DNA of 62,895 bases, filler included. It is 6 parts of 6 records of this genome, joined end to end, with 100 filler letters (N's around TTAATTAATTAA, not from the genome) between each part and the next. Parts side by side here need not be neighbours in the genome. Positions count along the whole stretch, not along the records: positions 11,117 to 37,037 come from SRR31156797_4413; 5 more parts are not named here. One strand, 5' to 3'. Below, piece by piece: positions 18,807 to 28,980 of the stretch. Positions within the stretch are counted from its first letter, which is position 1. Each line of letters begins with the position of its first letter. The notes beneath the pieces were generated by a model. That model was given only the letters and a program-made list of their open reading frames with translations. It was not told the origin of the DNA and searched no databases. The position numbers and the translations under genes were made by a program.

Positions 18807-20630
18807 ATGTGCGGAATTGTTGGATACATCGGAGATAAAGAAGCATCAGGTGTTATTATGGATGGCTTGTCAAAGCTTGAATATAGAGGATATGATTCCG
18901 CTGGTATTGCACTGCTCGAAGATGGCGAGATTAAAGTTGAACGTAGCGTGGGTAAGCTTGTAAACCTGCAAAAACAGATTAGTGAAAAACACTTTAAAGC
19001 AACTGCCGGTATAGGTCATACAAGATGGGCTACACACGGAAAGCCATCCTATGAAAACGCACATCCGCACAGCTCAAAAGGGCTTACTATTGTCCATAAC
19101 GGTATTATCGAAAATTACATAGAACTTAAAACAATGCTGAAAGAGAAAGGGTACGAGTTTACCTCTGAAACCGACACTGAGGTCGTAGCTCACCTTATAA
19201 AATCGAATTTGAATGGCAGCCTTATAAGCGCAGTTCAAGAGACTCTAAAACAGATTATCGGTGCTTACGCTCTTGCAGTGGTAAGCGAAGACGACCCTGA
19301 TAATATTATAATCGCACGTAAGGACAGCCCGCTTGTGGTTGGTATTGGCGAAGGTGAGATGTTCGCCGCTAGTGATGTTCCAGCCGTACTTTCATACACT
19401 AGGCAGTTTATTTTTCTCGAAGATGGCGATGTGGCAGTTCTCAAACGTGACGGTTACACTGTTTACGATGGGAACGGTGCAGAGGTTGAGCGTGAGGTTA
19501 AGCAGATAGACTGGAACCCTGTAATGGCGGAGAAGGCTGGCTATAACCACTTCATGCAGAAGGAGATAGCTGAACAGCCCAGAGCTATTATTGATACTAT
19601 CAGAGGGCGTTACTCCCTCGAAGAACAGTCTGTAAATTTTCCTGATTTTGAAGCAGTAAAAAGCAAAATACATGATTTTAATAGAGTAGTGATAGTAGCC
19701 TGCGGAACAAGCTGGCACTCGGGATTAATCGCAAAATTTTACATAGAAAAGATGGCGAAGATACCTGTTGAGGTGGATATCGCTTCTGAATTTAGATATA
19801 GAGACTTAGTTATTGATGATAAAACACTTTTTCTTGCTATAACTCAGTCAGGTGAGACAGCGGATACACTTACTGCTCTAAAGATTGCAAAAGATATGGG
19901 CGCAACTGTGATGTCTGTCTGCAATGTACTCGGCTCATCAATATCCCGTGTTTCTGATTCCGTAATATACACCCATGCAGGACCTGAGATTGGTGTTGCA
20001 TCAACGAAAGCATTCACAACACAGGTGATAAGCCTGTTTCTTTTTGCTATATATCTCGGTCAGGAGAAGGGGAAGCTATCTGATAGTGACATTGGCAGAT
20101 ATCTTGGTGAGGTGATTAAGCTTCCTGAGGTTATAGAGAAAGTCATCGAACAAGATGATTATATCCTGTCACTTGCTAAAAAGTTTAAAGACGTTAGTGA
20201 CTTCCTCTATCTTGGAAGAAACGTTAATTATCCTGTTGCTCTTGAGGGGGCACTCAAACTTAAAGAGATTTCATACATTCATGCTGAGGGGTATCCTGCA
20301 GGCGAGATGAAACATGGTCCTATCGCTCTGATAGATAAGAATTTGCCAGTGTTTACGATTTGCCCTAGAACCTCTGTTTATGAGAAGGTTGTGTCTAATA
20401 TAGAAGAAGTGAAAAGCCGTGATGGTATCACTATCGCTGTTGTGACAGAGGGTGACGAAGCTCTTAAAGAGATTTGTGATCATGTTATTGAAGTACCTGA
20501 TGTTATTGAAGAGCTTTCAGTTTTCCCTGCGGTAGTGGTGACTCAGATATTCTCTTATCACGTCGCACATCAGCTCGGTCTTGATGTTGACCAACCTCGG
20601 AATTTAGCCAAAAGCGTCACAGTAGAGTAA
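18807..20630 (+). CDS. glmS: Glutamine-fructose-6-phosphate aminotransferase
   Basis: MCGIVG, GHTRWATHG and PRNLAKSVTVE. Confidence 0.98.
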   Translation: MCGIVGYIGDKEASGVIMDGLSKLEYRGYDSAGIALLEDGEIKVERSVGKLVNLQKQISEKHFKATAGIGHTRWATHGKPSYENAHPHSSKGLTIVHNGIIENYIELKTMLKEKGYEFTSETDTEVVAHLIKSNLNGSLISAVQETLKQIIGAYALAVVSEDDPDNIIIARKDSPLVVGIGEGEMFAASDVPAVLSYTRQFIFLEDGDVAVLKRDGYTVYDGNGAEVEREVKQIDWNPVMAEKAGYNHFMQKEIAEQPRAIIDTIRGRYSLEEQSVNFPDFEAVKSKIHDFNRVVIVACGTSWHSGLIAKFYIEKMAKIPVEVDIASEFRYRDLVIDDKTLFLAITQSGETADTLTALKIAKDMGATVMSVCNVLGSSISRVSDSVIYTHAGPEIGVASTKAFTTQVISLFLFAIYLGQEKGKLSDSDIGRYLGEVIKLPEVIEKVIEQDDYILSLAKKFKDVSDFLYLGRNVNYPVALEGALKLKEISYIHAEGYPAGEMKHGPIALIDKNLPVFTICPRTSVYEKVVSNIEEVKSRDGITIAVVTEGDEALKEICDHVIEVPDVIEELSVFPAVVVTQIFSYHVAHQLGLDVDQPRNLAKSVTVE

Positions 20631-20657
20631 AAAAGGGAAGCTTGTCAGCCTCCCCTT
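20629..20657 (-). terminator. Terminator between convergent glmS and mce
   Basis: Minus strand AAGGGGAGGCT-GACA-AGCTTCCCTTTTT. Confidence 0.6.
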
Positions 20658-20669
20658 ATAAGTAATTTA

Positions 20670-21077
20670 CTAATGATCTTCGCCGGGCTGAGAGAGCTCG
20701 GTGAGCACTCCGTTTACGCTTTTCGGATGAACAAAAGCGACCTTCATCCCGTGTGCGCCGTCCATAGGCTCTTCGTTGAGGAGCTTCATACCTTCAGCCT
20801 TAAGAGCATCAAGAGATTTCTGAACATCTTCAACACGATAAGCTATATGGTGAATCCCTTCGCCCTTCTTCTCAAGGAATTTAGCGATTGGGCTTTCTGG
20901 CGATGTCGGCTCCAAAAGCTCAATATTGGATTCTCCAACTTTTATAAAAGCGACTTTAACCTTCTGGCTTTCAACTTCTTCGAAGTGGTAAGGTTTAGCA
21001 CCCATAGTCTCGTAAAAGGCTGTGGATTCATCAAGATTTTTAACGGCTATGCCGATGTGATCAATTTTTTCTAACAT
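20670..21077 (-). CDS. mce: Methylmalonyl-CoA epimerase
   Basis: IDHIGIAV, IELLEP, GEGIHHIA and FVHPKS.NGVL.EL motifs. Confidence 0.92.
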   Translation of the reverse strand: MLEKIDHIGIAVKNLDESTAFYETMGAKPYHFEEVESQKVKVAFIKVGESNIELLEPTSPESPIAKFLEKKGEGIHHIAYRVEDVQKSLDALKAEGMKLLNEEPMDGAHGMKVAFVHPKSVNGVLTELSQPGEDH

Positions 21078-21188
21078 AGTGTTCTCCCTCTATCTATATC
21101 ACCCGTATTAGCCGACCGAAGGAAGGCGTAAAAGTAGGTTGTTCAAATTGTCATCACAGTGTAGTGATATGGCTGAAACTCCCAGTTT

Positions 21189-22613
21189 TTATTTAATGAG
21201 CTTATTTAGCAATTGCCCAACGACACCAGGGTTAGCTTTACCTTTTGAGGCACGCATTATCTGCCCCATGAAAAAGCCCTGAAGTTTCTTATCGCCAGCT
21301 CTGAATCTCTCTGTCTCGTCCGGATTAGCATCTATAACCTGCTGGACAATCTTTTCAAGCTCGCCCTCATCAGAGTTTTGCGCCATCCCTTTCTCTTCGA
21401 CAATAGCTGATGGAGCTTTCCCGCTCTCAAGTACCTCATCGAAAAGTTTCTTAGAAATATTGCCGCTGATGGTTCCGCCGTCGAGAAGTTTTACGATTCC
21501 TGCTAAGTTTTCCGCTGACATACCGGCTTCATCAATCTCGCACTGCTTTTCGTTTACGTGACGCATCAGTTCAGACATCATAAGGTTGCTAACCCCTTTC
21601 GGGTTGTTATGAGTTTTAAGTGCTGACTCAAAATAGTTAGCGTAGCTCTTTTCAGATGTGAGGAAAGCCGCATCATAAGCCGGTAGCTTGTATTCATTCA
21701 TAAAGCGTTTCATACGTGCATCCGGAAGTTCAGGCAGGTTTTCTCTTATATCGTCAATAAACTTACTTTCGAGAACTAACGGCACAAGGTCAGGATCTGG
21801 GAAATATCTGTAGTCGTGTGCGTCCTCTTTGCCACGCATGGATGCGGTAACGCCTGTGTCAGCGTTAAAGAGGCGTGTCTCCTGAACGATGGTTCCGCCC
21901 TCGTCGAGCACTTTCGCCTGACGTTTCTCTTCATATTTAATAGCTCTTTCAACATTCTTGAAAGAGTTTACGTTTTTCACTTCTGCACGTGTTCCGAAAG
22001 GAGCATCTTCAGACTCGCGAAGTGATACGTTAGCATCGCACCTCATTGAGCCTTCTTCCATGTTGCAATCGGAAACTTCAACATATTTAAGGATAGTTTT
22101 AACCTTTTGGAGGTAGGCTTTCGCTTCCTCTGCGCTTCTGATGTCCGGCTCGGAAACTATCTCCATCAGAGGTGTTCCGGTACGGTTGAGGTCTACGCCT
22201 GAGCCGTCGGAGCCGTGGACGAGTTTACCTGCGTCCTCCTCGATGTGGATACGTGTGATTCCGATGCGCTTCTGTGTGCCGTCCTCAAGCTCGATATCGA
22301 TGTAACCATTTTCACAGATCGGGAGCTCGTACTGAGATATCTGATATGCTTTCGGAAGGTCAGGGTAGAAATAGTTCTTACGGGCGAAAACTGACTTCTC
22401 TCTGATCTCACAGTTGAGAGCGAGTCCAGCTTTCACAGTAAAGTCTATAACTTTCTCGTTTAAAACAGGGAGGACACCGGGCATGCCAAGGCATACAGGG
22501 CATACATTAGTGTTTGGTTCCTGACCGAATTTATTAGAACAGCCACAGAATATTTTTGACTGTGTAGCCATCTGAACGTGTACTTCAAGTCCTATTACAG
22601 GTTTATAACTCAT
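21189..22613 (-). CDS. gatB: Asp/Glu-tRNA amidotransferase subunit B
   Basis: IGLEVH, RKNYFYPDLPK and YRYFPDPDL. Confidence 0.98.
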   Translation of the reverse strand: MSYKPVIGLEVHVQMATQSKIFCGCSNKFGQEPNTNVCPVCLGMPGVLPVLNEKVIDFTVKAGLALNCEIREKSVFARKNYFYPDLPKAYQISQYELPICENGYIDIELEDGTQKRIGITRIHIEEDAGKLVHGSDGSGVDLNRTGTPLMEIVSEPDIRSAEEAKAYLQKVKTILKYVEVSDCNMEEGSMRCDANVSLRESEDAPFGTRAEVKNVNSFKNVERAIKYEEKRQAKVLDEGGTIVQETRLFNADTGVTASMRGKEDAHDYRYFPDPDLVPLVLESKFIDDIRENLPELPDARMKRFMNEYKLPAYDAAFLTSEKSYANYFESALKTHNNPKGVSNLMMSELMRHVNEKQCEIDEAGMSAENLAGIVKLLDGGTISGNISKKLFDEVLESGKAPSAIVEEKGMAQNSDEGELEKIVQQVIDANPDETERFRAGDKKLQGFFMGQIMRASKGKANPGVVGQLLNKLIK

Positions 22614-22622
22614 ATCTAATAC

Positions 22623-24077
22623 CTACTTAAGTTTCTCAGGGATTTTTTCAATTGGCACTGCCTTTTCAAAAGCGTGCGCAAGGTTCAATATCTTGCCCTC
22701 TTCGAAATAGTTACCCAGAAGCTGAACACCGATAGGCATTCCGTCTGAATCGAATCCGCAAGGTACAGATATCCCGCAACCGCCGAAGAGGTTAAGGGAG
22801 AGAGTGTAAATGTCACTCAGATACATCTGTATCGGGTCTTCTTTCTCGCCAGCTTTGAAAGCTGTTGTCGGTGAAACAGGGCAGATGATTGCGTCAACTT
22901 TCTTAAAAGCTTCGACGAAGTCCTGCTTTATGAGTGTTCTCACCTTTTGAGCTTTGATGTAGTATGCGTCGTAGTAACCTGCTGATAGAACGTAAGTTCC
23001 GAGCATGATTCTACGTTTTACTTCGTCGCCGAAACCGGCTGAGCGTGATTCGAAATATAGATCACGGAGGTTATCTGCATCTGCACGCTGACCGAATCGA
23101 ACACCGTCATATCGTCCGAGGTTACTGGATGCTTCTGCTGTTGCGATAATATAATATGTAGCGAGAGCATAGTCTGTGTGCGGGAGACTGATATCAACCA
23201 GCTCACAGCCGAGGTCTGTATATTTTTTTATAGCTTTATCTACTGCTTCTTTAACATCAGCGGATAGCCCTTCTGCGAAATATTCTTTCGGTACACCGAT
23301 CTTCATACCTTTCACATCGCCTGTGAGGTGAGCTGTGTAATCCTTCTTATCAACTCTTGCTGATGTAGAGTCCTTAGCGTCGTGCTCACCGATAACAGAG
23401 AGTACGGATGCGAGGTCGTAAGCGGATTTGCCTAGTGGTCCGATCTGGTCGAGTGATGATGCGAAAGCCACCAGCCCGAAACGTGAAATACGTCCGTATG
23501 TTGGCTTCATCCCCACAACACCGCAAAGTGATGCCGGCTGACGTATAGAACCGCCTGTGTCAGAACCGAGTGTCACAGGTGCGAGACCAGCAGCAACAGC
23601 CGCCGCAGAACCGCCTGATGAACCGCCGGGAACTTTTTCAGTATCCCATGGGTTACGGGTTTTATGGAAAGCTGCGTTTTCGTTTGATGACCCCATAGCA
23701 AACTCATCCATAGAGAGCTTTCCGAGGTTGATCATTCCTGCATCTTCGAGGAGGCTGACAGCCGTTCCGTTAAAAGGTGGTTTAAAACCTTCGAGGAACT
23801 TTGAACTGCATGTTGTCGGCATTCCTTTAGTTATAAGGAGATCTTTAAGAGCGATAGGTATACCAGCGAGTGCCGGCAGTGTTTCACCTTTTACTCTCTT
23901 TTCATCTATAGCTTTAGCCTGAGCCAGAGCATTTTCGTTTACGTGATTGTACGCTTTGATTTCGCCGTCATATTTTTCTATTCTATCAAGATAGAACTGC
24001 ACAAGCTCAGCAGAAGAGAATTCCTTCTGCGTTAGTCCTTCTGCAAGTTCTTTAAGGTTTTTATTTATAAAGCTCAT
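22623..24077 (-). CDS. gatA: Asp/Glu-tRNA amidotransferase subunit A
   Basis: Amidase signature [18 protein letters not shown] and [11 protein letters not shown]. Confidence 0.98.
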   Translation of the reverse strand: MSFINKNLKELAEGLTQKEFSSAELVQFYLDRIEKYDGEIKAYNHVNENALAQAKAIDEKRVKGETLPALAGIPIALKDLLITKGMPTTCSSKFLEGFKPPFNGTAVSLLEDAGMINLGKLSMDEFAMGSSNENAAFHKTRNPWDTEKVPGGSSGGSAAAVAAGLAPVTLGSDTGGSIRQPASLCGVVGMKPTYGRISRFGLVAFASSLDQIGPLGKSAYDLASVLSVIGEHDAKDSTSARVDKKDYTAHLTGDVKGMKIGVPKEYFAEGLSADVKEAVDKAIKKYTDLGCELVDISLPHTDYALATYYIIATAEASSNLGRYDGVRFGQRADADNLRDLYFESRSAGFGDEVKRRIMLGTYVLSAGYYDAYYIKAQKVRTLIKQDFVEAFKKVDAIICPVSPTTAFKAGEKEDPIQMYLSDIYTLSLNLFGGCGISVPCGFDSDGMPIGVQLLGNYFEEGKILNLAHAFEKAVPIEKIPEKLK

Positions 24078-24367
24078 TCGATCACCTTCGGCACTTTAAA
24101 ATGTGCATCCTCAGCATGCGGTGCGTTCGCCAGTGCATCTTCATTTGTGAGTGACGGCTTAGCTTCGTCAGGTCTTGTCACTGTGTATATATCCAGTATG
24201 TGGGAAGTAGGCTCAACATTGTCAGTATCGAGTTCGTTAAGCTTGTCGATATGTCCCATTATACCGTTCAGGTCGTCTTTCAGTTTTTCCGCTTCGGTCT
24301 CTTCGAATTTGAGCCGAGCGAGGGTTGCGATGTGTTTTACATCTTTTAAAGATATTGTCTCAGACAC
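24074..24367 (-). CDS. gatC: Asp/Glu-tRNA amidotransferase subunit C
   Basis: [10 protein letters not shown]...[11 protein letters not shown] start at 24367 with Shine-Dalgarno GGAGGA. Confidence 0.95.
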   Translation of the reverse strand: MSETISLKDVKHIATLARLKFEETEAEKLKDDLNGIMGHIDKLNELDTDNVEPTSHILDIYTVTRPDEAKPSLTNEDALANAPHAEDAHFKVPKVIE

Positions 24368-24535
24368 AATTATATCCTCCAATAAGGCTAGCCACGCATT
24401 ATGCATATTTTTTACAGTTTTTTCAAGTGTGGAGAATACCACTGTATATATAATTGTTTATAACATGTTTGCTTGTGATATTTAATTAGTTTTAGTATAC
24501 TCCTCCGCATATACCAATAGATATTGGGGTTAAAC

Positions 24536-25540
24536 ATGAAAGTACTTGTTACTGGCGGCGCAGGTTATATAGGCAGTCACGTTGTGAAACACCTTATAGA
24601 AGAGAAAGCGCACGAAGTTACTATTATTGATAATTTTGTCACAGGTTTTAAATCAACAGTTGAAAAATTAAATAAACTTGACTCCAGGGTTAAGCTCATA
24701 GAGCAGGATCTATCTGATTGGGGTGCTGTCGCTGATATAATAAATAAAGGCAGGTATGATGCTGTGATACATTTTGCGGCGTCACTTATTGTGCCTGAGT
24801 CTGTTATTGAGCCACTTAAATACTACCTTAATAATACAGCTAACACGGCTAATCTTATCAATTGTTGTATCGCTGGCGGGGTGAATAAGTTTATTTTCAG
24901 TTCTACCGCAGCGACTTACGGCGAACCAGAAGCCAAGCTTGCAACCTCCATAGACGAGACAGCTCCACTGTCGCCTATTAACCCATACGGAAGAAGCAAG
25001 ATGTTCAGCGAGTATGTGATAAGGGACTCAGCCGCTGCCAATCCTGATTTTAAATTTGTAATCCTTAGATACTTCAACGTAGCCGGTGCAGACAGAGACG
25101 GAATGATTGGTCTTTCGACACATAATGCAACTCACTTGATAAAAGTTGCTGTTGAGACTGCCCTTGGCAAGCGGGAGAAGATGCTTATCTTTGGAGACGA
25201 TTACAACACGCCTGACGGTACATGCATCAGGGACTATATACATGTTGATGACCTTGCATCTGCGCACGTTTGTGCGCTCGATTATCTTACCGGTGGTGGC
25301 AAAAGTGACATATATAACTGTGGCTATGGTTACGGATTTTCAGTGAAAGAAGTTATTGGTGCTATGCGTGAGGTTAGTGGGGTTAATATTCTAGCTGAAG
25401 TTTCAGAACGAAGAGCTGGTGACCCTGCTGTTGTTGTTGCAGACAATAGAAAGATAATATCGACAATCGGTTGGAAGCCAGAGTATAACGATTTAAGTTA
25501 TATATGTAAAACTGCATTGGAGTGGGAAAAGAAACTTTGA
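24536..25540 (+). CDS. galE: UDP-glucose 4-epimerase
   Basis: TGGAGYIGSH, YGRSK, LRYFNVAGA and RDYIHV. Confidence 0.95.
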   Translation: MKVLVTGGAGYIGSHVVKHLIEEKAHEVTIIDNFVTGFKSTVEKLNKLDSRVKLIEQDLSDWGAVADIINKGRYDAVIHFAASLIVPESVIEPLKYYLNNTANTANLINCCIAGGVNKFIFSSTAATYGEPEAKLATSIDETAPLSPINPYGRSKMFSEYVIRDSAAANPDFKFVILRYFNVAGADRDGMIGLSTHNATHLIKVAVETALGKREKMLIFGDDYNTPDGTCIRDYIHVDDLASAHVCALDYLTGGGKSDIYNCGYGYGFSVKEVIGAMREVSGVNILAEVSERRAGDPAVVVADNRKIISTIGWKPEYNDLSYICKTALEWEKKL

Positions 25541-27576
25541 TTAAACATATACTTACTCTTTTAATTATATATATTTGTATTTCTACGGCATCATTTGCAA
25601 AATCGAATGATGGTCATTTCTCAAGTTCGTCTGAGAATGGTATTACCGGAATATTTGTAACACCTACTGCCAGGCTTATGCCTGATAATCATTTTAGAAT
25701 AAGTTATTTCAGGTCAAATCCTTATATTAATTACGCTATCGGGGTCTCTTTATTCGACCGCATAGAACTTAGTGGAAGAATTACAGAAATTGATGGAGTA
25801 GATATGTATGACAGGGGAGGGGACGATTGGGAGGGTTACGGTAATTATAAAGATAAATTATTGGCTGCTAAGTTACTAATTTGGAAAGAGAAAAAATATA
25901 GACCGGCTCTAGCTGTTGGTTTGAACGACCCTCACGGAACAAAGCTTTTCGGTTCTCAGTACATTGTTGCTTCGAAACAGATTTATCCTTTTGACTTCTC
26001 ATTTGGTTTTGGACTTGGTCGTTTTGGTGATAGACCATTTTCTGTATATGGTAAGAAAGAGATACTTGAAAACCTCGTAAAGCTGTCAGAATATAGAGAG
26101 CACGGTAACTCATTTTTTAGTATTCAGTTCAGACCAAATAAAAAATATTCAATACTTTATGAATATAATCCAATAAACTATGCTAAAAATATTCAAGATC
26201 CCGCAGTAGGGCAGGGGTTAGTTGATAGTTCTTCGAAGCACAGCTTTGGCTTAAGATATTTTTTCAGTGACAACTTCTATGCAACTGTTAGTCACCAAAG
26301 AGGTGACACTATAGGCGTAGGTATTACTATGCCTTTTGAGATTGGCAATCCTGTGATACCTATGTACACACCTGAACCCTATTTAGGAAAGTTAGAAAAT
26401 GATGTTAAGGGTAAGTCTAGGTTAAGACATGTATTACATATAAACTCATTCACGACACCTGGAGCAACGATAAATGATGGCATAGCTTATATTGAGATAA
26501 GTAACGGTAAATTCTTTTACGAAGTAGATGCAATAGAATATGCTATCAGGTCTGTAGGGTTAGTGAAAAAGGTTGATAATGTTTATAAATATGTCTTTGT
26601 CGTTCGCGACCGTGGCGTTCCTGTGTATTTCTTTGAGGTAAGTCGCGATGTTGTTGAGCTATACTCTGAAGGGAAATTGAGTCGTAGGGAAATGCTTGGT
26701 CATGTTAAAGTTGGAAGATCGTATAAGAATTTTCATGCAAAAAACAGAAGGTTTGATATATCATATTATTACGGAGTTAAGCCTCAAGTTAACTTCTTTC
26801 TTAATGATCCTGCCGGTTTCTTTAAAGGTTCAATGGGCGCTAAAGGTTGGATAGGGAAATATTTGACAGAATCTCTCTCTTTGGTTGGAGGGATAGGGTA
26901 TTATCCTGTAAATACTGTTGAAACAGTTAATGAAGCTCCTGACACAGCTGTAAGGGCTGATATATCTGAGTTTATAGATAGACAGTTACTTCTTGAAAAT
27001 TTTCAGCTAGACTATATTGCTAGAGTGCCGCATACTAAGCTATATTTCAATGCAGAGGCTGGTATCCTTGAGACTCAGTATGCTGGAGTACATGCTGAGG
27101 TTGCTACTCATTTCTTTGAAGATAGGCTTCTGTTGGGTTTGAGTGGGCATAAGGTTAAGAAGAGAGATAAAGAATCTTATTATGATATTGATGAAAACTC
27201 CGATACGTATAGTACATATTTTTTAAAAGCTAGAGTTACGAGTAAAAAACTTAAGTCTTATGTTGAGGTTCATGCAGGTAAATTCTTAGGTGGAGATAAA
27301 GGTGCAAAGGTAATATTAACAAAAAATATAAAAGGTGTACTTTTAACTGCGTGGTATACTAAGACTAATACAGATGTATTTGAAGAATCATACAATAGAG
27401 GCTACTCGGATAAGGGTGTTTCAGTAACAGTTCCTTTTAGATTATTTAAAGGTAAGGACACGAAATCTGCATACAGTCAATCGATAAGTCCTTGGACAAG
27501 AGATGTTGGAGCACAGGTAGGGGAATTTACAAATATTTTTAACTTTATTGGTAAATCTCCCTATGAGTTACGTTGA
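25537..27576 (+). CDS. YjbH/GfcD-family outer-membrane exopolysaccharide protein
   Basis: Signal peptide, GITGIFVTPTARL, YKDK...K, QYIVASK, FLGGDKG and DKG...PWTRDVG motifs; start uncertain (25522 or 25537). Confidence 0.8.
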   Translation: MIKHILTLLIIYICISTASFAKSNDGHFSSSSENGITGIFVTPTARLMPDNHFRISYFRSNPYINYAIGVSLFDRIELSGRITEIDGVDMYDRGGDDWEGYGNYKDKLLAAKLLIWKEKKYRPALAVGLNDPHGTKLFGSQYIVASKQIYPFDFSFGFGLGRFGDRPFSVYGKKEILENLVKLSEYREHGNSFFSIQFRPNKKYSILYEYNPINYAKNIQDPAVGQGLVDSSSKHSFGLRYFFSDNFYATVSHQRGDTIGVGITMPFEIGNPVIPMYTPEPYLGKLENDVKGKSRLRHVLHINSFTTPGATINDGIAYIEISNGKFFYEVDAIEYAIRSVGLVKKVDNVYKYVFVVRDRGVPVYFFEVSRDVVELYSEGKLSRREMLGHVKVGRSYKNFHAKNRRFDISYYYGVKPQVNFFLNDPAGFFKGSMGAKGWIGKYLTESLSLVGGIGYYPVNTVETVNEAPDTAVRADISEFIDRQLLLENFQLDYIARVPHTKLYFNAEAGILETQYAGVHAEVATHFFEDRLLLGLSGHKVKKRDKESYYDIDENSDTYSTYFLKARVTSKKLKSYVEVHAGKFLGGDKGAKVILTKNIKGVLLTAWYTKTNTDVFEESYNRGYSDKGVSVTVPFRLFKGKDTKSAYSQSISPWTRDVGAQVGEFTNIFNFIGKSPYELR

Positions 27577-27601
27577 CAATTAGAGAAAAGTAGTATACGC
27601 T
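27573..27601 (+). promoter_or_regulatory. Internal sigma70 promoter for the 257-aa gene
   Basis: TTGACA-17 nt-TACGCT, overlapping the stop codon of the YjbH gene. Confidence 0.65.
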
Positions 27602-27636
27602 ACGTCAGGATAAATTTTTCTAGAGGAGATATAGAA

Positions 27637-28410
27637 ATGAAGAAAATGGTATTTTTTATAATCATGGCTCTTGTAGCCATGCCAATGGTATCTTTTGCTA
27701 ACACAGCTGCAAAGTCAGCTGGTAAAGCAGGTGGTTCTGCTACGTCCGCTAGTGTTTCAACTGGTGGTATTGTTATCGCTGGTGCTGCAGTTGCAGTTGG
27801 TGCTGCAGTTGCTCTTTCATCTGGTGGTGACGGTTCCAGTTCTACAGCAACATCTGCTGTAGAAATTGATGATGCAACAGCTGACGCTCTACAGGATATG
27901 CTTGGTACAATGACTACTGCTGAAAAAGAAGCTACACTTACACTTCTTCAGAATGCTGACATTGCAGAAGTTGCTGCTGTTTTTGATGCAATAGCTGCTG
28001 CTGCTGCTGATGGTCTTACTGCTGCACAGATTCAGCAAGCACTTGCTGATGCTCAGACAAGAGCTAATCCTTTCACATCTGGTACAGATGAGTATGCTGC
28101 TTACGAATCTCTTGTAGATGCTTTTGCCGCTGTTTACTCTTCTGCTGATGTTGCTGCTATTTCTGGTCTTTCTGATGCGCTTGAGACTTTCGTGGCTGCT
28201 ATTGATACGGATAACTTAGCTACTATCGTAACTTTTATTGAAGCTGCTGCTGCTGAAGGTTGGGACACAATGGCTACATATGCTGAGCAGTTTGAGGATG
28301 TTTCTGAACTTGAGACAGCTCTTACTGAGCAGACTGGTACAACAACAACAACACACCACGATGACTCAACAACAACAACAACACACCATACAACTGCAAC
28401 ACACCACTAA
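27637..28410 (+). CDS. Secreted Ala/Thr-rich acidic protein, extended YjbE/GfcA-like, with a Thr/His repeat tail
   Basis: Signal peptide, A/G/V hydrophobic stretch, SSGGDGSS and C-terminal TTTTTHHDDSTTTTTHHTTATHH; Shine-Dalgarno GAGGAG. Confidence 0.7.
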   Translation: MKKMVFFIIMALVAMPMVSFANTAAKSAGKAGGSATSASVSTGGIVIAGAAVAVGAAVALSSGGDGSSSTATSAVEIDDATADALQDMLGTMTTAEKEATLTLLQNADIAEVAAVFDAIAAAAADGLTAAQIQQALADAQTRANPFTSGTDEYAAYESLVDAFAAVYSSADVAAISGLSDALETFVAAIDTDNLATIVTFIEAAAAEGWDTMATYAEQFEDVSELETALTEQTGTTTTTHHDDSTTTTTHHTTATHH

Positions 28411-28431
28411 GCAAAACTTAGTACTAAATAT

Positions 28432-28463
28432 AAAGGCTATCAGCAATGGTAGCCTTTTTTTTT
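28432..28463 (+). terminator. Intrinsic terminator
   Basis: AAAGGCTATCA-GCAA-TGGTAGCCTTT followed by a T run. Confidence 0.85.
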
Positions 28464-28471
28464 CTAAAACC

Positions 28472-28945
28472 ATGAAAACTCTATTAACTATAATATTGCT
28501 TCTTATTGCAAGTGCATCTTATGCTACTGACCAATATGCTTCACTTGATGCTGCAGAGAAATTCTTTACAAAGATGGATAATAAAAAGTTTTTTTACCTC
28601 TGGGGAAATATCACGCAAAAATCTCAGAAGAGGATAGTGAGTGACCTTTATGACGCTCTTAAATCTGAAGAGGGTGACTACACGAAAGAAAAGATCGAAT
28701 CTGACATGAAGGTTTGTGGCGAAATATGTGATTCATATTGGGAGGGGTTTCTTTTGAGATTTGATCCTGCGTCTATACTTGAAGAGTCTGAGTGGTCTAT
28801 AGGTAAGTCTAAAAAAGGTAAGTTAACTATTAACCTGCTTCATAAAAAGAGTGATAGACCTGCGTTTTTATATATGTATAATGTAGACGGTAAATGGAAA
28901 GTCGGACTTGTTGAGAGTTTCTGGCTTCGGATGAGATTTGAATAG
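28472..28945 (+). CDS. Hypothetical exported protein
   Basis: MKTLLTIILLLIASASYA signal peptide; ends in VDGKWKVGLVESFW. Confidence 0.7.
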   Translation: MKTLLTIILLLIASASYATDQYASLDAAEKFFTKMDNKKFFYLWGNITQKSQKRIVSDLYDALKSEEGDYTKEKIESDMKVCGEICDSYWEGFLLRFDPASILEESEWSIGKSKKGKLTINLLHKKSDRPAFLYMYNVDGKWKVGLVESFWLRMRFE

Positions 28946-28980
28946 ATTGCTAGATAAATAATACTGGAAAGAGTAGAAAT

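Noticed and set aside
28238-28471. Gln-rich N-terminal extension of the 235-aa ORF
   Set aside because: It is an off-frame reading of the ACA repeats and crosses a terminator; the real start is ATG 28472 with a signal peptide.
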